NCBI GenBank assembly: GCA_049999805.1
Contig: JBNGIO010006162.1
Coordinates: forward strand, 103,827 to 167,826
Length of the DNA stretch: 64,000 nucleotides
Source of the DNA: Folioceros fuciformis
Lineage: Eukaryota
Reading direction: 5' to 3'
The translations under genes and the position numbers were made by a program. The notes beneath the pieces are model-generated. The model did no database searches. It was not told where the DNA came from and saw only the letters and a program-made list of their open reading frames with translations. Of this stretch, positions 12,401-23,573 are shown piece by piece (the first letter of the stretch is position 1; every line of letters begins with the position of its first letter).

Positions 12401-13015
12401 CATATTTTCCACGGATTCTACCATCTTGTTTAGCCGCAGCCAACTGACCACGTTGGAGGTCGTTTGCAGGTAGTGCATGCTCCTTGATGATAAGTTCAGC
12501 AATAGTTGGAAATGGAAGATCACCGACAAATCAACTTGTCCGTGCCCACGACCGACGCAGGGTGCAATCAGCTATCATCCCTCACCTTCTGTACGAAGAC
12601 TTTCTTCGTGATTCAAGTTGTTGGTGCTACCTAGAGTCCGTGCTGTGGATTTACCGCGTCGATCAGGCTCTGTCGGACGGGGTTCAGACCGCACACGTCT
12701 GAAGGAGCTCCAAGATGTCAAGGAATGCGGGACTATCTGTTTCCTTGGTCATGCGCCGAGTTTGCTTGACACTACTCAGTCCACATCTACAGTTTAGGAG
12801 AAATATCTGAAATAGCACTCGGAAGCTTTAGGTCGATAGGCGGGTCAAAGTTAAACTCGGCTTCCGAGGAGTGCTGCTCGCCCACCACAGCACACTGATG
12901 CCTTCATAGTTTCGCAGCTTCGTTGCCACTTCCGGGGTGGAAGTGAGGGATGTCCACTGCTTCTAGAAATCAAGCACTTTCGAGCAGAGCCAACCCCTTT
13001 GCGTCCAGCCTGTAC

Positions 13016-14434
13016 TCAAGGGAAGGAATCCAACCTTGGTTGAAACAGGCTTGGGCCCCCGTCCCTGAGGCTGTTCATGTGGAAAACCTTCCAGGACTTT
13101 GAAACCATATCGAAGGCCAGAGCATACTTCCAACCCACATTACTCGACTTGTAGTAGTTACACCTGTAGTGCACCTCCACATCGAGGCAGATTAAATCCC
13201 CTATGGCAACACCTCCACCCAGCTGCGCTTTGCAGTGATCGTCATCCCATGGTTCACCCAGTTCCGCAGATGTCTTGGCAACTTCCTCCCAAACCCCCTC
13301 CCTTTTATCAAGCTTCCATATTCCAAACATGAAATATGCACCACCATTCCAAAGGTCCCCTACCAGAAGCACGTCTTCTTTGTACTCCAGTAGCGCTGAC
13401 TGGGTGTGAAGATAGAGAGGAAGCATAACCTCACACTTCCTTGCAAGCTTCCCGTCAAGCAGGTCATACACAACAACTTGCTGGTCATCAGTATCCACGT
13501 AATAGAGCACACCCTCACTGGTGACCATGTACGAACCGCCAAAACAGGGAGCTCGGCTCGGATCACCTAGGAAAGTTTTCCACGAGTCTGCCTCTGAGGA
13601 ATAGACGTTGACAGTCCAATAAATGCAGTCCTCGTCTGTCTCACACACCACGATGACCTGGAAGGAATCCAATCCCGAATTGACGACCAGAGACGACTCC
13701 CAATACTGCTCGTCCTGTAAGGAGAACTCTGGCAATGCTTTCCAAACCCTCAAAATGGGATTACAGACATACAGCGCCACCTTGTTGTGCTTCCTGGGGA
13801 AGGTACAACAGCAAATCAAGCCTTTGTCTGCAGCACCGGCCGAAGATATACTGGTAGGGACGAAGGACAAGTCCAGTTTATAAACTGAGAGCCCTAGAGA
13901 ATCAACAACCTCTTCTTTGTTGGAAACCAGCTGGTACGCAGAGATCTGCGGAGCCGTCGGCACGCACTGCTTCAAAAAGGAGCTGGACGACATCAGAGCA
14001 AGCCAGCTTCTACAGACAGTGCGGAACCTAAAATTGCTGACAATGGGCAATTTTTGAAGCACCCTCTCCAAGATGTCCTCGGGCAGTTGGCTCCACAGCC
14101 CTGGATCCATCTCTTCCACAGTCTCGTTGCGCGTGCTTCCCAGGTCCCCACTCAGCATATTCAACACCAAATGCTTGTAGACTACAGCTTCCTCAACCTC
14201 ACTCTCGTCCTCAGACGCAGCTCCAACGCCTCCCTGCAACACATGGCACATGAGGTGCAGGTCTGAGTAGTCCACGTCACTGCTGTTCTCATCCAGTGCC
14301 GCTTCCATCACTTCGATCTCCTCATCCAGGAGGTGCAGCAGAAGGTGGTTGTGGATGTCATTGTCCTCGAACTCACTCGTCGTCGACTCGGTCTCCCACT
14401 CACTGCTCCCACTCTCACTCTCATCATTCGACAT
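13016..14434 (-). CDS. Intronless F-box protein with acidic N-terminus and FBA/kelch-like beta-propeller C-terminus
   Basis: 472-aa ORF. F-box LWSQLPEDILERVLQKLPIVSNFRFRTVCRSW; GLICC...LYVCNPILRVWKALP; C-terminal FQPRL. Confidence 0.9.
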   Translation of the reverse strand: MSNDESESGSSEWETESTTSEFEDNDIHNHLLLHLLDEEIEVMEAALDENSSDVDYSDLHLMCHVLQGGVGAASEDESEVEEAVVYKHLVLNMLSGDLGSTRNETVEEMDPGLWSQLPEDILERVLQKLPIVSNFRFRTVCRSWLALMSSSSFLKQCVPTAPQISAYQLVSNKEEVVDSLGLSVYKLDLSFVPTSISSAGAADKGLICCCTFPRKHNKVALYVCNPILRVWKALPEFSLQDEQYWESSLVVNSGLDSFQVIVVCETDEDCIYWTVNVYSSEADSWKTFLGDPSRAPCFGGSYMVTSEGVLYYVDTDDQQVVVYDLLDGKLARKCEVMLPLYLHTQSALLEYKEDVLLVGDLWNGGAYFMFGIWKLDKREGVWEEVAKTSAELGEPWDDDHCKAQLGGGVAIGDLICLDVEVHYRCNYYKSSNVGWKYALAFDMVSKSWKVFHMNSLRDGGPSLFQPRLDSFP

Positions 14435-15099
14435 TGTAACACCTTCCTGAAAACACCAGTCCTCACAGCACCTGGGCCGCCCTCACAAAATTAGCCACTG
14501 CGCTAGCGTAGCGCCGCACCAGCTGCACCGCAGAGCAAAAATAAATCAAAAGCCTTCAGAGTAAGCAAAAGGCAGTAAAATCCCTGAAAGGCCACCGCGA
14601 AAACCATTCGAAAGCCCAACCAATCTCCTGTCCAACCCGAACAGATCTAATGCGGACCTCATGCCGTTTGATTGCAAACAAAAGGCAGCAGCGAGACCTT
14701 CAACAACCTCCTCTAAAGCAGACACAAGTTCATTCCCGTCCAGCTACCCGCTCCAAAGCAGCCCGTGTTGCGCACGGCAATCGGGTTCGAGCAACACGAT
14801 ACACATCTCCCCTTCACCGTGAGGCATGCACGCCTGCTGTCAGCCATGCAGAGGACGCTAACCTAGAACGCAATACGGAAGCCCTAGAATCCCAACATCT
14901 ACGTATGCGACAAGCATCTCTCCCGACGTTCCACAAAACAAATACATACGACTCAACTCGTTCGCATCGTTTGATCCACACGTCTACGTTTTGTGTTCTC
15001 TGTTTACCTGCAGTTGAGTTTGCACCTTCCAGGTGAGAAGCTACCGTGAAGCCGAAGAAACAGGACGTGATGTGAAGCTGCAATGGAGATCGCACCACC

Positions 15100-15172
15100 G
15101 GGCTAAGGAAAATGTGTCCCTTAGCTGGAGGGCTAAGGAAAATGTGTCCCTTAGCTGGAGGGCTAAGGAAAA
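15100..15172. repeat. 30-bp tandem repeat, about 2.5 copies
   Basis: GGGCTAAGGAAAATGTGTCCCTTAGCTGGA repeated, between the divergent F-box and OPA3 genes. Confidence 0.8.
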
Positions 15173-15431
15173 GTTGGCTTCTATAGCTTGGAGGGAAGAT
15201 GAAGGAGGAGAAGAAGGGGAGGCAGGGAAGAACAGGGATGCAACAGCCGCAGCTGATGGCAGTGGAAGATTGGCGGCCTACATTTTGATTGGCGTGCAGT
15301 GATGAACGTATTGGTGTGGTAAAGAAGGTGAAGTTGTGAAGGCTTCAGGGATCTCTGTCTCTCCCTGCTCTTGGAGCTTTGGTTGGCCGCCCTGCTCTGT
15401 GGCAGAGAGGCTGGGCTGAGTGTGCGGGATC

Positions 15432-16314
15432 ATGATTTTGCCTGTGGCGAAGCTGGGGACGCTGCTTTTGAGAACTCTGAGCAAGCCCCTGGCAGCGCGG
15501 CTCAAAGCGCAGGCAGCAATGCATCCGAAATTTCGGGATACGATTGTGTCCATGGCGCAGGTGTGGTGGCGTGTTGACGTGCTGTGGGTTAGGCTAGACT
15601 GGTTTGCTTTAGCTTTGGCTTGGCTTGGCTGACATCTTGTGACATAGTGTGTGCTTTTTGGCAGGCGAATCATAGATTCACTGTGAATGTTCAGAGACGA
15701 ATTTATGGTCATGCGACGGATGTGGAGATCCGTCCTCTGAACGAGGAGAAGGCAATTCAAGCTGCCACGGACCTGGTTGGAGAGCTCATCGTTTTCTCGG
15801 TATGCCCTGGGAATGGCTTTGAATGGGAGTATGTGGGAATAAAACCCTAAGGTGTGTGCTTGCTTTGATTGCGGAATTGGACGGTGCCTGCGTCTCAGTT
15901 GTTCTGTTTGATGAAGACCGCAAGTCTTTCATATTCGGTTGATGGATTCCTCTTTTTAGTGACAGGTAGGAGGAGCTGTGGTTGTTTTTGAGGTATCGAG
16001 GAATGCAAGGTCCGAGGCACGGAAGGAGGAAACAAGGAAGAAAGAGCTTGAGGTATTCACATTTGATTTCAAGTGCAGAAGCGGTTGAGGAAGTGTGTGA
16101 ATGTAGGTTGATTCTCCTGCTGCCGAAGCTTCACTTGCCACATTGTGTCTGTTCTGGGCAGGATTTGAAGTCTAGAGATGAAGCTGCGATACAAGAAATT
16201 GAAGCGTTGAAGCAGAGGTTGAGTGATCTTGAACGAGCATCTCGAGGGCGTGGCATCACAAGTTGGCTACCAGGAGGCAGCGGGTCTACCGACACAGCAC
16301 CTGCAGGGGCATGA
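15432..16314 (+). CDS. OPA3: OPA3-like protein; exons about 15432-15560, 15665-15799, 15966-16052, 16162-16314
   Basis: MILPVAKLGTLLLRTLSKPLAARLKAQAAMHPKFR...EIRPLNEEKAIQAATDLVGELIVFSVGGAVVVFEVSRNARSEARKEE is the OPA3 family signature; three GT-AG introns splice in frame. Confidence 0.9.
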
Positions 16315-17207
16315 ACTCATCTTGGAGGTGTACCATTGTCAGGTGCTTGCTCCTTTTAATGCCCCCGACGAACTCACATACGCAATCCTGGCAGTCGGGG
16401 ATAGGTGACAGGAGGGTTTGTGTTGACCTCCGTGGCCGCTCATGGTCCAATTTGAGCCATCGCTCCCCGCCGATGATGTTAGCGAGTCAGGATCCTAGCT
16501 TCCTGGGGGAGAGTTTATTAGCAACAGCTGAAGCTAACTGGCGTTTAAAGAAATTGCTTATTTTTGCGGCTCCTTAACTGGCCCTTCGTATTCGTATACC
16601 ATACTAATGCTTGCGTTTCCATACTCTGATACTTGACCCCTTTGCTCTCGGACTTCGTGGCATGGAGCGTAGTTGCCTGCTCTTTTGTCGAATAGTCGTG
16701 GTACTGATCAAACCAGGTGGGTGCACTTAAGGGGTTCTGAATACGTCCTTTCTGAGGGTGTGATGCTGGATGGTAGTGGACAGGACTGAAGGCAATGCCC
16801 GAGCTGGCTTGATGGCGGAGGCCACCATTGAGGGCAAGTCTTGGCAAGGAGCTTAGTCAACATTTGAGAGGCGCCCACGGATTTGAAGAACACTGGGGTA
16901 CTACAGCACAGCGGAAAGGAGCAGGCAGCGGCCCCTCTTTCCCCTTCTGTCCGTGCTTCCCGGCCAGTGTACTCTGTCGTCGTTACCATGCTTGCGTCGT
17001 AATAAGGAGCAGTACATTGACTCTCCGTTCCTTGTCGTTGTAGGAACCAGCCTTCCGTTTAGTAGGCCACTGTGTCCCACATGCATTCGACTTGTTTTCT
17101 GAGTTATGGAGAGAGGTGGAGCCCTGTTCAGATGGATACTTAGCCATCAAGTTAAGCAAGCGCAGTCAAAGAACATGAAGTACGTTTCTGAGGAATGCAC
17201 TATCTTC

Positions 17208-19916
17208 TCACGGCCGACCCTTGCAACTGCATGACCCAGCTTCGAACCGATGCACACGGTACCCATCCCTTACAACAATGTCTCTTCGTTCAAGCCTTGA
17301 CATGATCTCCGTGGAAGTGTGGCAGTCACTGCACATGCGTAGATTCTTCGTCACCACCAGAGGTGTCCCACTCGGAGTGTTCAGGAGGCCAAACGCCAGA
17401 GCCAACTTCTCAGCATGCCCACAAAGCACATCTTCCTTTTCCTTCTCACACACTGGCTTCAGCACCAACTTTGTGTGAGGTAAGTGGCCTCCTTCTTGCT
17501 TCACACGAGCATTCATGCGCTCCACCTTCAGCGCAATATCCTCTCTTCTCTCTCCCACCAGAAATCGATGCACCTCCCTGTTCACCTCAATGGTTGCCAA
17601 CGCAGCTTTCTTGGTAGCTCCTGCTTCCCTTCTCTGTGTTTCAATCCTGTCTACATCGGTCCACCTACCTGCATCTGCGTAGGCATTGGCCATAAGCACA
17701 TATGCAGGTGCCTGCGTGGGGTCCAGCCTGACAATGCTTTCAAAACACCACTTGGCCCTCTCTATATCCCCATGACTTTTGCAGGAATTCAGCAAAGACA
17801 CCAATCCTACCACATCACTTTGGCCCTCACATGACAGAAGCTTCTCTGCCTCTTGTAAATGGCCTGCACGGCCGAGAAGATCAACCATGCAAGTGTAATG
17901 CTCAACAGTAGGTATGATGCCATGTTTTTCAGCCATGGAATAAAAGTGCTTCCGACCCTCGTGGACAAGTCCCTCGTGACTGCATGCCACTAGAAGGCAA
18001 GTAAAGGTAGCATCATCAGGCTGAATACCAGCAGCTAACATCTCCTCAAAACAAGTCAGTGCCTTGCGGCCCTCATCACAAGTACCATAGCCAGACATGA
18101 GGGCATTCCATGTCACTACATCCTTTGTGGCCATCCTGTCAAATACCTGACGCGCATCTCCCAATTCCCCACACTTGGCATACATGTCCACCAGGCAGGT
18201 GCCCAGCAGTAGGTCATCTAGCAGCCCTCTTTCCACGATCTGCGAGTGCAGCTGCCTGCCCTTCTGTAAGGCACCAGTGCCTCCACAGGCCTTCAGAAGG
18301 CAAGCCAGAGCGACATGGTCAGCCAAAATGAGGCCTCCCTCCTCCATCTGTCCATAGAGAACAAGAGCCTCTTGCCCGAGCCCATGCTGTGCATAGGCAG
18401 CGATCAGCGTCGTCCATGTCACCACATCCCGTGTCTCCATACTGTCAAGAACCTGGCGTGCTTCTTCCAGTTCACCACATTTTGCATACCCAGCGAGCAA
18501 GGCATTCCAAGTCACCAAGTCTTTTGTGTTCAGGCTGTCGAAAACTTTGCGTGCATCTTTCAGGTTGCCACATTTCGCGTACATGTCCACCAGGCAGTTG
18601 CCAACAAACAGGTTAGTAGGGATGCCACTGTCCAAAACATCAGAGTGCACTTTCCTCCCAGACTCCAAGTCGGAGGCCAATGCACAAGCTTGGAGAGCAG
18701 CTACAAAGACGTGAGCATCTGCCTTCACTCCTGCCCTACACATCTCATGGTACAGTTGTATGGCCTCCTTAGGTCGCCCATGCTTAGCATATGCAGAGAT
18801 GATGGAAACCCAAATGAAGGCATTTGGTTTGCGCACCCTGGTGAACACATCCATGGCCTCTTGCAGACTACCTCCAGATGCATACATGCGCAAGACATGG
18901 TTCCCCAGGTATGCATCCGACTCGAACCCGAGTTTCACTACCAGCTCATGAACTCGCCGCCCCACTGCCAGATCCTTCTTTTTCGTACACAGTTTCAGCA
19001 CAGTGTAGAACAGATACTGGGGAATAGCAGAGTCTGCCAGCGCCAGAGATTCGAGGACTCCAACAGCCTCACCAAGCTTCCCCTGCTGACATAACGCGCT
19101 CACGATTTCCAATTGAGGCTTACCCACAGAGCTGGACTGGGACGAAGAGGCGCCACGACCCATCTGCGCATCCAGGGAAACGAGCTGCTCATCAACCCAA
19201 GCTGGCTTGAACGAATTGTTTAACCACAGCACCTCCCCGGACCCCTTACGCCGGAAGTCAGGCCTGCCGGAGCTCTTCTTATCCCGTCTGTTGTCCCACC
19301 ACATGGCAGGATCCAGAAAGAACTGCTGCCACAAGTGCTCCTGCTCCTGCTCCTGCTCCTTGCGACGACCATGGTTGTACAACCCGTCCCCATCTACCCA
19401 ACTCCCACCTTCTGGGCTCCTCTCACTGCTGCACCTGAAACCCATTTCCAACTCTGCACTCCTCCCAGACTCAGAACCACCCCGAGAGCTCGATTCCGAA
19501 GGAGAGGAGCCATGGCCCATCCGCATGTCCCAGGAACCCAGCTGCTCATCAACCCAGGCTGGCTTGAACATATTGTTCAACCACAACACCTCCCCGGAGC
19601 CCTTACGTCGAAAGTCAGGCGAACGAGAGCTCTTCTTATCGAGCCTGTTGTCCCACCACATGGTAGGGTCCAGAAAAAATTGTTGCCACAAGTGCTCCTC
19701 CTCCTGGCGACGAACATCGACGGAACCCCCTCCTCCACCCACACATTTTCTCGGCCAAGGAAGTGCTGGGTTTCTCACACTGCTGCACCTGGCGGCCTTG
19801 GTTTGCAGGTGTTGACATCCTGAACCCTCATGGACTGCAGCAGACCCCACAACAATCCCTCTACACACACCAACCTGTTGGGTCCACAACAGATCCGGTT
19901 GCCAGACCACGGACAT
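17208..19916 (-). CDS. PLS-class PPR protein with E1/E2 and DYW:KP (GRP-type) domain, plus two N-terminal OSB-type PDF motifs
   Basis: 902-aa intronless ORF with about 12 P/L/S/SS motifs. Deaminase region KKAALATIEV...LCGHAEKLA...RMCSDCH...HRFEAGSCSCKGRP. N-terminus has two copies of HLWQQFFLDPxMWWDNRxDKKSSxxPDFRRKGSGEVLWLNNxFKPAWVDEQL. Confidence 0.92.
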   Translation of the reverse strand: MSVVWQPDLLWTQQVGVCRGIVVGSAAVHEGSGCQHLQTKAARCSSVRNPALPWPRKCVGGGGGSVDVRRQEEEHLWQQFFLDPTMWWDNRLDKKSSRSPDFRRKGSGEVLWLNNMFKPAWVDEQLGSWDMRMGHGSSPSESSSRGGSESGRSAELEMGFRCSSERSPEGGSWVDGDGLYNHGRRKEQEQEQEHLWQQFFLDPAMWWDNRRDKKSSGRPDFRRKGSGEVLWLNNSFKPAWVDEQLVSLDAQMGRGASSSQSSSVGKPQLEIVSALCQQGKLGEAVGVLESLALADSAIPQYLFYTVLKLCTKKKDLAVGRRVHELVVKLGFESDAYLGNHVLRMYASGGSLQEAMDVFTRVRKPNAFIWVSIISAYAKHGRPKEAIQLYHEMCRAGVKADAHVFVAALQACALASDLESGRKVHSDVLDSGIPTNLFVGNCLVDMYAKCGNLKDARKVFDSLNTKDLVTWNALLAGYAKCGELEEARQVLDSMETRDVVTWTTLIAAYAQHGLGQEALVLYGQMEEGGLILADHVALACLLKACGGTGALQKGRQLHSQIVERGLLDDLLLGTCLVDMYAKCGELGDARQVFDRMATKDVVTWNALMSGYGTCDEGRKALTCFEEMLAAGIQPDDATFTCLLVACSHEGLVHEGRKHFYSMAEKHGIIPTVEHYTCMVDLLGRAGHLQEAEKLLSCEGQSDVVGLVSLLNSCKSHGDIERAKWCFESIVRLDPTQAPAYVLMANAYADAGRWTDVDRIETQRREAGATKKAALATIEVNREVHRFLVGERREDIALKVERMNARVKQEGGHLPHTKLVLKPVCEKEKEDVLCGHAEKLALAFGLLNTPSGTPLVVTKNLRMCSDCHTSTEIMSRLERRDIVVRDGYRVHRFEAGSCSCKGRP

Positions 19917-20377
19917 GGTTCAGCAACCGCTCCTAAGACATGCGAGTCTAACGAAAAAGACCATGGCAGGTCGCTGCACAGGCACATCCCATGTCCATGT
20001 CACCCTGCAGGATACGAAGACTATTTTCTCCAAGGATGCGCAGGAATGACAGACCCTGATCGATTCCAGGTTTCGGGGATGGATGTTTTTCCAGCTCGTT
20101 TTCGAGCAAGGGGGAGGAGGAGTATGGAGTACCAATCGGACCAGTTGCGATAGCGCGACCTCTGCTACTTCCTATGGGAATACGTCGTTGCATTTCTCCT
20201 CGTATTCTACGTACATATCACCGTACATATATACCATTTTCTTATACTTTCGACCGACCGGTACTGCACAAATCTTGTTTCTTGTCGCAACATCCTATCG
20301 CATCACACAAGGCTGTTGTTTAAGGTTTATGGGTGACGTAGTCATATCTTATCCCCATAGAACACACTTACTTATTG

Positions 20378-20652
20378 GAGGGATTCCTTGCTCTAAGCTT
20401 CAGCCTCACACAAAGGAGGGATTCAGGATTCCTTGCTCTAAGTTTCGGCCTCGAACAAAGGGAGGGATTCAGGATTCCTTGCTCTAAGCTTCGGCCTCGA
20501 ACAAAGGGAGGGATTCAGGAATCCTTGCTCTAAGCTTCGTCCTCACACTAAAGGAGGGATTCAGGATTCCTTCTCCTAAGCTTTCGCCTCACACAAACGG
20601 AGGGATTCAAGATTTCTTGCTCTAAGCTTCAACCTCACACAAAGGATTCAGC
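20378..20652. repeat. 46-bp minisatellite, about 6 copies
   Basis: GGAGGGATTCAGGATTCCTTGCTCTAAG(C/T)TTCGGCCTC(G/A)(A/C)ACAAAG at 20415, 20461, 20507, 20553, 20599, plus flanking partial copies. Confidence 0.9.
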
Positions 20653-21620
20653 CCCTAGGCATAACATCATTGTTTGTACCTCACAGCTACAAATATGGAG
20701 AAGGCATGGTTCAACATCAATCCTTGCAATGCCATTTAACAATGTGCTTGTAGCAAAGCCCTTTGATGTGTCATTCAACATGGTGCTTGCAACAAAACTT
20801 GTGTGCAAAATACCTAACATGCTTTCCAGATCTTCAAACCATAACAACAATGAACTACAAAGAAGTGATCTTCAAGCCACAGCAACAATAAACTACCAAG
20901 AAGATGCAGTAGGTTTTCTAAATCCCCAAACTGTAGCAACAATAATCTAAAGAAACAGAACCACTTTTGCAAATAGCAAAGTAATAGAACCATACTCCAT
21001 ATCATAATTATGCCTGCAAGTACAATTGAAGATTTGAGGTGCTACTACGTCTCTATGCTTGAGGCATCACTCTTGCTCTACATTTCTACCTCCAATGCTT
21101 TCCTAGGCCTAAGCAAAGCTAAAGCAAATGATCAATGGTTGCTCATGGTACGTCCTTTAGATATACAAGGAAGCGAAAAAAAGGCTCGTTACAAATTCGG
21201 CACTAATCGATGCAAGTTGTCCAGTAAGGGACTCTAATCGGGGAGGAAGGACATGCAGATTCCACTTTCTTCCGAAGCCCTAAACCAACGCGTTTCGGAC
21301 ACGGTTGGTGAACGGCAGAGGGTCGACTGGCTGGGAAACGACACTGAATTTGATTTAGATTCGTCTGTCTGGTTCCTGGACTCTTCGCTGTGCACAGACT
21401 GTCGCTGCGCCTCCAGAGTCTTGTTGCTAGAATCGCCCCATGGCACGTTGTGAATTGCTGCGGCAGAGGAGGATGCTGGAAGAGCGTGTGAAGCTGGTGC
21501 TGCGCAGAGATGAGAGTGTGGTTTGAGTGGCAGTGTGTTTTCTCTGGTGTCCATGTGTAAAGGTGAGGTTGAAGTTGTGTGAGGGTGAGCGGAGGCAACG
21601 TCTGGCTGGAAGGAAGCGTG

Positions 21621-22913
21621 ATGGAGTCTCGGTCACCCGTGGCTTGGCCCGGGGAATGCGACTCCGCGGCAAGGGTGGACGAATGGTGCTCGCACAAGCA
21701 TCTCATGCTGCACGACTTAAGCGGAACCTTGGAAGGCAGCACCGGGGACGCTGGGGAGCACATGGATGGTGAGATATGGGGAAAGTTGCCGGAAGATGTG
21801 CTGGAGCGTGTGCTCCTCAAGGTGCCGGTCAGGTGTTTGTGCAGGTTCCGATCAATGTGCAGGCGATGGCTGACGCTACTGTCTTCGCAGAGTTTCCTGC
21901 GCTACTGTTATCCTGTCACTCCGTGCATTGCCGCATTTGAGGTTATCTCGAGCTGGGAAGAGTGGCCACGGGAGTGGAGCAGAGCTTTGGGGAGCTCCTC
22001 GGTGGTCTATAAGGTGTACAGGATAGATCTTAGCTTCTTGCCGATGAAGATCTTTTGCGTGGCTACGTCACACAGGGGGTTGATATGTTTCAGCACTTAT
22101 CCGAAGAACTGCAACACTGTCTCGCTGTGCGTGTGCAATCCCATCACTAGAGTGTGGAAGGCGTTGCCGGAGTTTACCATACCGGTGAGGCATGGATGGG
22201 AGTCGGCCATGGTGGTGGATGACGGCTCTAATGCGTTTAGAGTTACTGTGATCAGCGATGATACTGCGTGGACGCTCCACGAGTATTCGTCGCACCGAGA
22301 TGTGTGGAGGACCATACAAGGGGACAACTCGCAGGATACTGTCGTTGGAGGTGCGTTCTCCCTTGCGGGGGAGCTGATGTACAGCGTGGACAACGTGGAA
22401 CTGCAACTGTTTAGTACTGTGGCGGGGATGGTGGTGAGGAAGCTGGTGGTGGGATTCCCAGGTGGATTTGTTTCCCGGAACGCCCGCCTCATGGAACACT
22501 ATGGGGAGGTCTTGTTGGTTCAGGACATCAGGACTTACAGGGGCTCGACTGTGGTGATCTGGAAGCTTGACCAGACGAAAGTGGGTTGGGATCCCGTCTC
22601 CGTGTTTCCAGAGGTGCAGCTCAGCGAGATGGCGCGAGATTGGGAATTGATAAACAGCCTTACAGTGGGGCATTTCATCTGTGTGGACATAGAAGTGTAC
22701 CAGCTGAACAAAAGAGTAGGCTTGCAGTATGTGCTGGCCTTCAACACCAGAGAAGATAGCTGGCATATCTTTCGAATGAAGAGCGTCACGGAGAGAGCTA
22801 AGAGAACAGCGCGTCACGACGACTGGTGCATTTCATGGCATCCATCCCCATTGCGACGTGTGAGGGACAAAGGGCTTACTGTCATTGAGCCCAGATTGGA
22901 TGTATTTATTTAA
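21621..22913 (+). CDS. Intronless F-box protein, paralog of 13016-14434
   Basis: F-box IWGKLPEDVLERVLLKVPVRCLCRFRSMCRRW; YRIDLSFLP; GLICF...LCVCNPITRVWKALPEF; C-terminal IEPRL. First ATG at 21621. Confidence 0.9.
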   Translation: MESRSPVAWPGECDSAARVDEWCSHKHLMLHDLSGTLEGSTGDAGEHMDGEIWGKLPEDVLERVLLKVPVRCLCRFRSMCRRWLTLLSSQSFLRYCYPVTPCIAAFEVISSWEEWPREWSRALGSSSVVYKVYRIDLSFLPMKIFCVATSHRGLICFSTYPKNCNTVSLCVCNPITRVWKALPEFTIPVRHGWESAMVVDDGSNAFRVTVISDDTAWTLHEYSSHRDVWRTIQGDNSQDTVVGGAFSLAGELMYSVDNVELQLFSTVAGMVVRKLVVGFPGGFVSRNARLMEHYGEVLLVQDIRTYRGSTVVIWKLDQTKVGWDPVSVFPEVQLSEMARDWELINSLTVGHFICVDIEVYQLNKRVGLQYVLAFNTREDSWHIFRMKSVTERAKRTARHDDWCISWHPSPLRRVRDKGLTVIEPRLDVFI

Positions 22914-23225
22914 ATTGTTGGAGGCTTCCTCATCCAAAAAAATCTGTGGGTCACGCCTTGTCAATATTGGAATGCTCCCCTTTGTTGGAGCTGATTGAAA
23001 CATCTGCAGGAGTTAGCATGAGCAAAACTAATCTCCAGATCATCTATCTGGCACGCACTCCCAAGCATCTCTGATCTAACATCCGAGACTCCATCTCGGT
23101 ACGAGAAACCCGTCAAACACGATGGACAGCAAATAAGAGGCCTCACCATCCCAAAGCAGGTGCCATAAATTTCTCAGAATGCTGAACCGAGTAGCAACCA
23201 TTTATGAGGAAGATCACACAGCCAA

Positions 23226-23573
23226 TTGTTAGGAAGATCATGTTACCTTCGGCATAGTGTTGAGGCAAAACCCCGGGCACTGATTGNNNNNNNNNNATGT
23301 TACCTTCGGCATAGTGTTGAGGCAAAACCCCGGGCACTGATTGTTAGGAAGATATGTTACCTTCGGCATAGTGTTGAGGAAAAACCCCGGGCAGTGATTG
23401 TTAGGAAGATCATGTTACCTTCGGCATAGTGTTGAGGCAAAACCCCGGGCACTAATTGTGAGGAAGATCATGTTACCTTCGGCATAGTGTTGAGGCAAAA
23501 CCCCGGGTACTGATTGTTAGGAAGATCATGTTACCTTCGGCATAGTGTTGAGGCAAAACCTCGGGCACTGATT
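23226..23573. repeat. 58-bp minisatellite, at least 6 copies, with internal N gap
   Basis: Unit TTGTTAGGAAGATCATGTTACCTTCGGCATAGTGTTGAGGCAAAACCCCGGGCACTGA. Confidence 0.9.
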
